The position numbers were made by a program, and so were the translations under genes. DNA of 64,000 nt from assembly GCA_013115145.1 (NCBI GenBank), contig JAAPAO010000055.1, positions 1 to 64,000 of the forward strand. The letters are read 5' to 3'. Positions 57,863-64,000 of the stretch are shown one piece after another. Within the stretch, counting starts at the first letter, position 1. Every line of letters begins with the position of its first letter. The notes under the pieces were generated by a model. It did no database searches. It had not been told where the DNA came from and saw nothing but the letters and a program-made list of their open reading frames with translations. The DNA is from Perkinsus chesapeaki ATCC PRA-425 (lineage: Eukaryota > Protista > Perkinsozoa).

Positions 57863-60800
57863 TTAAACCTCAGCGGCGTGCTTGTCATCTTCGTCCCGAG
57901 GTGCTTCCACCGAACCCAAGACCAACACTCGACCTCCACACAGACTGCACTGACCGCTACCGGTGACGAGGGACTTTAGCTGATTCCAACAACCACATCG
58001 ACCGCAATAAATCTGACAAAAAGAATCCTTACGGATGCGTTATCAGCCGGGTGCTCACTCTATGGTCGAGTGTTTGATTCACAAGTCCTTCCTTCTCCTC
58101 GACCAATTGCTGCATTTGACAAAGGTGGTCCGTCAACGCGCCGAGCTGCTCATCATAGCTGAATTCAACAAAGCTCCCCACGGGGTTACAAGGCTAACCC
58201 TTACCTCATCTTAGTGGTCGAGAGCTCTACTTCAACTTCTTCCAAGGCTGCTCGGAGCGCACGAGCCTCATTCACCTGACCAAAGGCGTAATGATGAAGT
58301 AATGCCAACCGGCAACTTACTGCTATGTCCCTTTCCTCTGAGACCGTTGACAGATGAGATGCAGACAGAGCGATCTCCGATACCAAAATCAAGTGTCTGC
58401 ATCACAGTGATGAGATCCAAAATCGTCTAAAGTGTGGCACGGTGTTACTTGGCATTCGATCGATGAATTTCCTGTCTAAGCGCCTCGACGAGCATACAAA
58501 GTGTCGAGCCTCGAGGAGATATCGCTCTGAGAAAGAAGTGTGCCACACGACCACACGGCCGTATGTGCCAGCAGGGAACGAAAATCCTCTTCTAGATTAT
58601 CCACCGGGATAAGCATCACCCAAAACCCTCTATACCAAGTCGCTATCGTCTAGTGGTTAGGACGTCACGTTGTGGCCGTGACAACCCCGGTTCAAATCCG
58701 GGTAGCGACTTTTCTCCCGTCTTACTCCGCCGACGACGATGACGACAGCTTCACCGTTATTGCCCCCGGAGTATCCGATGGCGACACTAAATCTGCCCGA
58801 ACCTTCATCGCCCCACCATATGATGGGGAATTCAGAACTCCTCCAAAGGAATGAGGGCTCCGAGGCGCAGATGCCTGACAGAGCGATTGAGCATTGCCCA
58901 AACTCGCCGCGCGTACCGTCCACAAATCCCGAGGGTCTCCCAGATCCGTCGGAGCCCTCGAAACAGTATCTTCTGTAAAGGCTTGGGCAGATCGCTGGTT
59001 CAGCGGCAACCCAGTGAGGTCGACTAAGTCCCTGGCTGTGCGCAACGATGAGGTGTCCCGGCCAAGGGTCTCGGTTGCCACGTTACGCACTGACCGCCTG
59101 AGAGTTCTAAGAGTTACGCTTGTAGCCGTATTCGATGACGCTACTGTTTTGACGAAGCAAAGTGCTCCTTGTTGGACTGCCTAGCATTCAAGTTAGTCTT
59201 CTGAAAAAGGTAGAGGGTTCGTTTCACAGGTAAGGCCATCTCGGCGTACCAGTTCCTGCTCAAGATCCGCTATTCTCCGACCCAAGACGTCATTGGCATC
59301 TTCGAGGCTTTTACCATCCTTCTCCAAACTAGTAATGACATCTGAAGGAATATACTCGTTGTGAGGTGATTCAGTAATATCAAACACGTTCTATTTAAAG
59401 CAGTAATATCCTACCAACTGGAAACATCCACACGCCCCGATCTGTTTCTGCTGCTTGTATGGAAATATTACTTTCCACAGCCCAGTGCTAATACCCCGCC
59501 CTACCTTCCTTCATCAACAACTCCTTCTTTGACTGCTCCACCTCCTCCTGCAGGGCGCATATCTTCTTACTGGCCGACTCGGATGACATTCGCAAACTGT
59601 ACAACAGTGATCTGCTTTGGCGGCCTAGGGTAAGGTCTACTTTCGCATCAGCGCCGCCTCCCCTTCCCTCTCTCTACAAATCTCCTCGTACTTGGCCGTC
59701 AGGCCGTCCCTGTCCAAGCTCACAGACGACAGTTCTTCTTGTAACCTCTGAAATGATAAGCATCCCAAGTGTGATGGAGGGAGCCGGTATCCTATGCGGT
59801 AGAGAGCTCCGAGTTCCGCGTGATTCAAGCGATAAGTCTATTACGAAGGTTGAGCTTAATTCGTAAGTTACATAAGACGGTGCTCATAAACATCAATAAA
59901 TATTAAATTATCAAACCGGTGGATACGTACCACTAATTAACTGTTTATCGAACTTTATGAACTCTATCTTGATGATGAGTAACGTTTGATTCAAACGTTA
60001 CTCATCATCATCAAGATAGAGTTCACAATACCATCTTAAAACGGATTTAAATCCTCCCTGCCCCCTCAATTTCCGCACTCTCCGCCCAATGGAATGACGA
60101 TCACCCGAGAGTATAGGGTCTATTCATCCGACCGCCCCCATCGCTCCCATAGCCCCTACTACTTTGCAGTCCCTATTAATAACTTCTATTCTGGTATGCA
60201 ATTCCTCCACTGTCGCCTCCAACTCCTCCACTCTCCTCCTACTCTCCCCGCTGCTCCCCCCTGGCAACCCTCCAGTAGCCGGCCCCAGCAGACCCTGATC
60301 CAAGCCTATCCGCAAACCCCTCTAGACATAGCCTACTTTCATTGCTCCAAATCCAAGCACCGAAGTGCCTGGAGAGCTCTTGGTCTCGTAACTTTTCAAC
60401 TTCTGTTCAAGCTCAGCAATTCGCTCCTTCAAATAAGTATCATCTGACAATCACACTGGCCGGCAGTGCTACCAGAGCTCTGTTACCTTCTGGGCCAGTC
60501 GTGGATTCAGAGAGGCTTGTGTCGGCCGAGCTCCTCGGCGGCAAGGCCTGACGAGCGCATAATATAGTTTTGCGAAATATCCTACCGAGTCTTTGAGACG
60601 TTCCATATTTATTACCGATAGCTGTTGCTGAAGTGATCGATTGTCACTCTGACACTGGACGAAGCTCTTCTTCAGGGAGTCTGCAGAAGGCTACTTGGGC
60701 AATACGAGAAATGACGAATCTTAGCGATCTGTGGGTGAACTATATTGCGGATTTCGAACATCGGAATATGACTTTTCGCTCCAAGATGGAGGCAATGATC

Positions 60801-61099
60801 GTGTCAGACGAGCTCGTTAACTTTACACCACCACCACAGTGGGGTCCACAGAAATCCAACTGTGTCATTTTATACTAGTACCGTGATAGCGAGTTAAATG
60901 AATAAGAGATGCATTGGAAAGCAGGGCTGACTGGATGGGTTCACAGAGAGAGAAAATAATATCAGAAATAACTCCACAAACCCTCTGTTGATGCATTTCT
61001 ATTCACCATCTCTCGGACCATAACCCCAGTATCACCATATTGAGCTCTGAGCCTGAGGTATTTATTAGCCAGCTTCTCCATTTTTTCATCAGTGCTCAT
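57863..61099 (-). CDS. Coiled-coil protein with C-terminal CxxC...CxxC, multi-exon
   Basis: Exons MSTDEKMEKLANKYLRLRAQ, RRRVEELEATVEELHTRIE, LQEELSSVSLDRDGLTAKYEE, LGRRIADLEQELVRR, EARALRAALEEVEVEL, CGRCGCWN..GQCSLCGG..AEV*. Confidence 0.55.
58639..58710 (+). tRNA. trnH-GUG: tRNA-His (GUG)
   Basis: Full cloverleaf: acceptor GTCGCTA/TAGCGAC, D arm, anticodon stem TCACG/CGTGA with loop TTGTGGC, T arm CCCGG-TTCAAAT-CCGGG; followed by a T-run (Pol III terminator). Confidence 0.97.
59958..60025. repeat. Near-perfect 32-bp inverted repeat (1-nt spacer)
   Basis: TGAACTCTATCTTGATGATGAGTAACGTTTGA-T-TCAAACGTTACTCATCATCATCAAGATAGAGTTCA; the right arm carries one extra TCA unit. Confidence 0.95.
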
Positions 61100-61561
61100 C
61101 ACAGAGACACTACCCGAGCCACCTGAAAGCAAAGGTAGGTCCTTCTGTAGATGAGGATACCCCACCTGGGCTCGCCATAGGCAGATGGGCAGAGTTAAAC
61201 TAATTAAGAAAAAACAACAGCTGAAGAGATATGTCACTTTTGATAAAACGACTGTTAAATGGTTTATTAAACAAAGTCACCCTCTTCCATTTTTAGGAGT
61301 ACTCTTTAACCTTCATGATTATAATATTGAACACCCCGCAGACCTTCTTTCAAAACAGCATTTCCTCTGTATTCCATTCCATGGTGCATTCCCCCAGCCT
61401 CCTCTAGCGCGTAGGATAGCCCTATTGCTTCCGTAGCCTTCTTTGCCACCCCCTCACCCCCTACACCCCACACTTCCCAATAATCCCATTCTGTGACCAA
61501 CCCAATACTGTATATAATAAAACGCTTGATGTACCATTAACTCAGCAGGAGCATCAGCAAT

Positions 61562-62428
61562 TCACGCAGCAAATCTGAGTTTCCTCATTCGTTTTTTCTC
61601 CTCCTCTGTATCAGCCGTAACCAGCCCAAATCTGCATACCATACTTCCGTCAACTCCCACCAGCATCCCCCCCACTACCTCTGAGCTCTCTTAAGCTTCT
61701 TAGCTGCCTCCTCATCGAGGTCCTCCTCCTCACCCTCCTCTTGCTCACCGAACCGTTGGGCTCTGAGAGAGGCATCTCCTCAAACTGCTTCACTGTGCCC
61801 ATTTCCGCACCTCGCTTTCCTCTTTGCCGTTTCAGTTTCCTTGCTGACAATACCAAACCGCATCGCCCGCTCTATTTTCTTATCTTCCACACTTTCGGTG
61901 CCGAACCTACAATTCTACTTCACCCACCCCCCTGCGATCGTCTTACCTTTTCGCTCGCTCCAGTCGCCGTTGTTCCTCCGATTTTTGCCCGGTCGGCGAA
62001 ACGTGGGCCTGTGAGAGATTTGCCGCGGGAAATGACTCTATTTGTACTTTGGTTTCGTCTGCTTCGACACTGGTTGAAATAACAGTTTTACAAGGTGATG
62101 AACTGTCACCGGAGGTCACTGCCACTTTAGACTTCTTAGGGCTACTTGAGCTCGTGGGAATCTTTTTAGGCGTATCTTTGAGGTCGAATGAGCTTCCCTG
62201 TAACCCAATCAGTCCCAGCTTACTTGACGAGCCGCCCTCTTGAGCAGCATCATGTTCAACGAGTCTGGATATGAGAGTATCTTTCCGTCCAATAACCCTG
62301 AGGTTCAACCTAAGATTCTCCAAGGTACAGCTTTCGGTCACCTACTGAAGCCCTTTTTCCTTGCATAAGTTCTGAAGCTCCTTCAGCTTCAGATTGCTGT
62401 ATTTCTCACTCCCGATTGGTTCACTCAT
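61562..62428 (-). CDS. SAP-domain RNP protein, Tho1/SARNP(CIP29)-like
   Basis: N-terminal SAP YSNLKLKELQNLCKEKGL|VIGRKDTLISRL; C-terminal RRLERAKRF..., RFGLV..EEEKKRMRKLRFAA*. Confidence 0.7.
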
Positions 62429-63579
62429 TGATAAACTTGCCGCTCGACCGTCTTGATCATACGAAATCTTGTTCTTCTTGCAATTCTTGCGTTTTCTCAA
62501 CGCAGTTAATCTTGCTTCGGCCCTCTTTCTGGAAGGCCTACCGCGTCACTGCCCACCTCAACCGCTCTATATTGTGTGAGTTTACTAAGTACGTGAGGCT
62601 TCCTTCCAGCTCGGTACCAATGATGAATTATATTCGCGGAGGGTGGTGCGCATGTTAACCTAAAAAGAATCTTTGAATGGTATCTTAGAGCTCCTATTAG
62701 TTCACTATTTACCCTATATGATCATTAACGTTTAATAGCGTATCTATTATGGGTTGTGGTTGCTCAAAGCATAGCCGTTACCATCTCACTGCAGAGTCAC
62801 CATCTCCGCATGAGGTTCCTCCGCGCAGCTCGACTCTCGACAGCACCACCGCCGCAGGTATGAGAGCCCTGCTATAGGAATGACAAGATATCTTTCAGCT
62901 CATCTTAAACAAGGGTCAGACTCTACGGCAGTACAGCGCACCGAAGAGCAACAGTTAAAGATGTCTGTGTCGTCTGTTAGAGGCAGTGATAGTATACAAC
63001 TCAATAAAAGGAAACAGTTCCTGTGGGTTGGGGACTATATATACTTTATAGATAGTTATCATCAAAGGATTCATGCGGCTCTAAGTGAGGAAATATTATA
63101 GTGCACCCAGGGGCGATTTCAGACTTAGACAAATCCCACCGTGGGGTCCCGGGTTCCTTGAGAACGTGTTTCATGTTCATCGAGTGAAGTTTGGCCCGAG
63201 TATGTATTCGAACCTGAGTGGGCCAAGCCACCACATTTGCCTAGGGCCCTGGCTTCCGGAAACTCTCTGGGCGACTCTGGGGCAAATTCGAGGTTGGGTA
63301 TTTTACGCGACAGTAATATAACTTGATATTATTGCTATTTTATCATTTCAACCCGATCGTCTCTCTACGCGTCGTTCTCTCGGTCGGCGTCACCTGCCCG
63401 TCTCATCTGATCTTCACAAAGTTATGTCGTCTTTAATCCCGAAACGGGCCCCCGCTGAGACGGCCAAAAATTTTCTCTTTTTACGGTGCAATTTGGAGAA
63501 CAATAATAAATCGATAGGGGACAAGTTGCTGATATTTCGCAGATGTTCCGGGCAAAGTGGGTCTCTGTGTAGGTACGAG

Positions 63580-64000
63580 ATGACCGTGCCGGAGTTCGTA
63601 CAAGCGTTGTCCACATCGGAGAGATACGATAAAGAGCGGCTCGTGAAGTGGTTCAGATTGCTAAAAGACGGTGACTTCACTGAGTCCTACAACAGCGATC
63701 CCAACGGTTTTAGGTAGGCAGCATTCGAACCTCAAACATATCTTCATAGCTCGACCTTTCAGAGGCCTTCTCGCCCGAATCGGCGCACCACCGAGGTTTC
63801 GCGCGCTCTGCTGGAGAGCTGTCGTGGGGTGGCGTGATCAGTTGCGACCGGGAACATACGAGAAGCTCTGTATAGGTAAAGCGGTAGATGAGGTTTATAG
63901 ACGTTTATGTCGCCGACTTGGCATCTTTCGATCGCTCCATTAATGGCGGGATGCGTCTTCAAATCGAGCCTAGTAATAAACGTTAACCTGGTAAACTTTG
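63580..64000 (+). CDS. TBC (Rab-GAP) domain protein, 5' part (runs off window)
   Basis: MTVPEFV...; FRGLLARIGAPPRFRALCWRAVVG matches the TBC-entry motif G-x-P-x-x-x-R-x-x-x-W. Confidence 0.55.

Noticed and set aside
60633-60878. Plus-strand ORF as a nested gene
   Set aside because: The minus strand carries a coiled-coil exon (SLKKSFVQCQSDNRSLQQQLS) of the host gene here.

Overview
Gene-dense, intron-rich eukaryotic genomic DNA, most likely from an alveolate of the Perkinsus type. This is inferred from short GT-AG introns, roughly balanced GC, tight gene packing and an apicomplexan-like ATG8 and AROM. Gene models were assembled by eye, so exon boundaries are approximate unless coordinates are given. 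Recognisable genes, in order: two tandem intronless equilibrative nucleoside transporters, a secreted TIM-barrel-like protein, RPL24, SEC13, a histidine phosphatase, a tandem-fused double acyl-CoA dehydrogenase ending in PTS1, an Sfi1-like protein, an ER FKBP, RPT4, ATG8, an ~11.5 kb pentafunctional AROM, PGAP1, a C3HC4 RING protein, an LRR protein, a coiled-coil gene with an antisense intronic tRNA-His, a SAP/Tho1-like gene and the start of a TBC gene. The strongest signal that the ORF track misses is a compact same-strand cluster of at least five box C/D snoRNAs directly downstream of RPL24 (6389-7060). They have canonical boxes, terminal stems, rRNA-antisense guides, apparent second pairing elements and one orphan guide. 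Other highlights are the in-frame di-domain ACAD with mosaic homogenised tracts, a tRNA-His with a U73 discriminator, a 32-bp near-perfect intronic palindrome and 10-bp-phased A-tracts.
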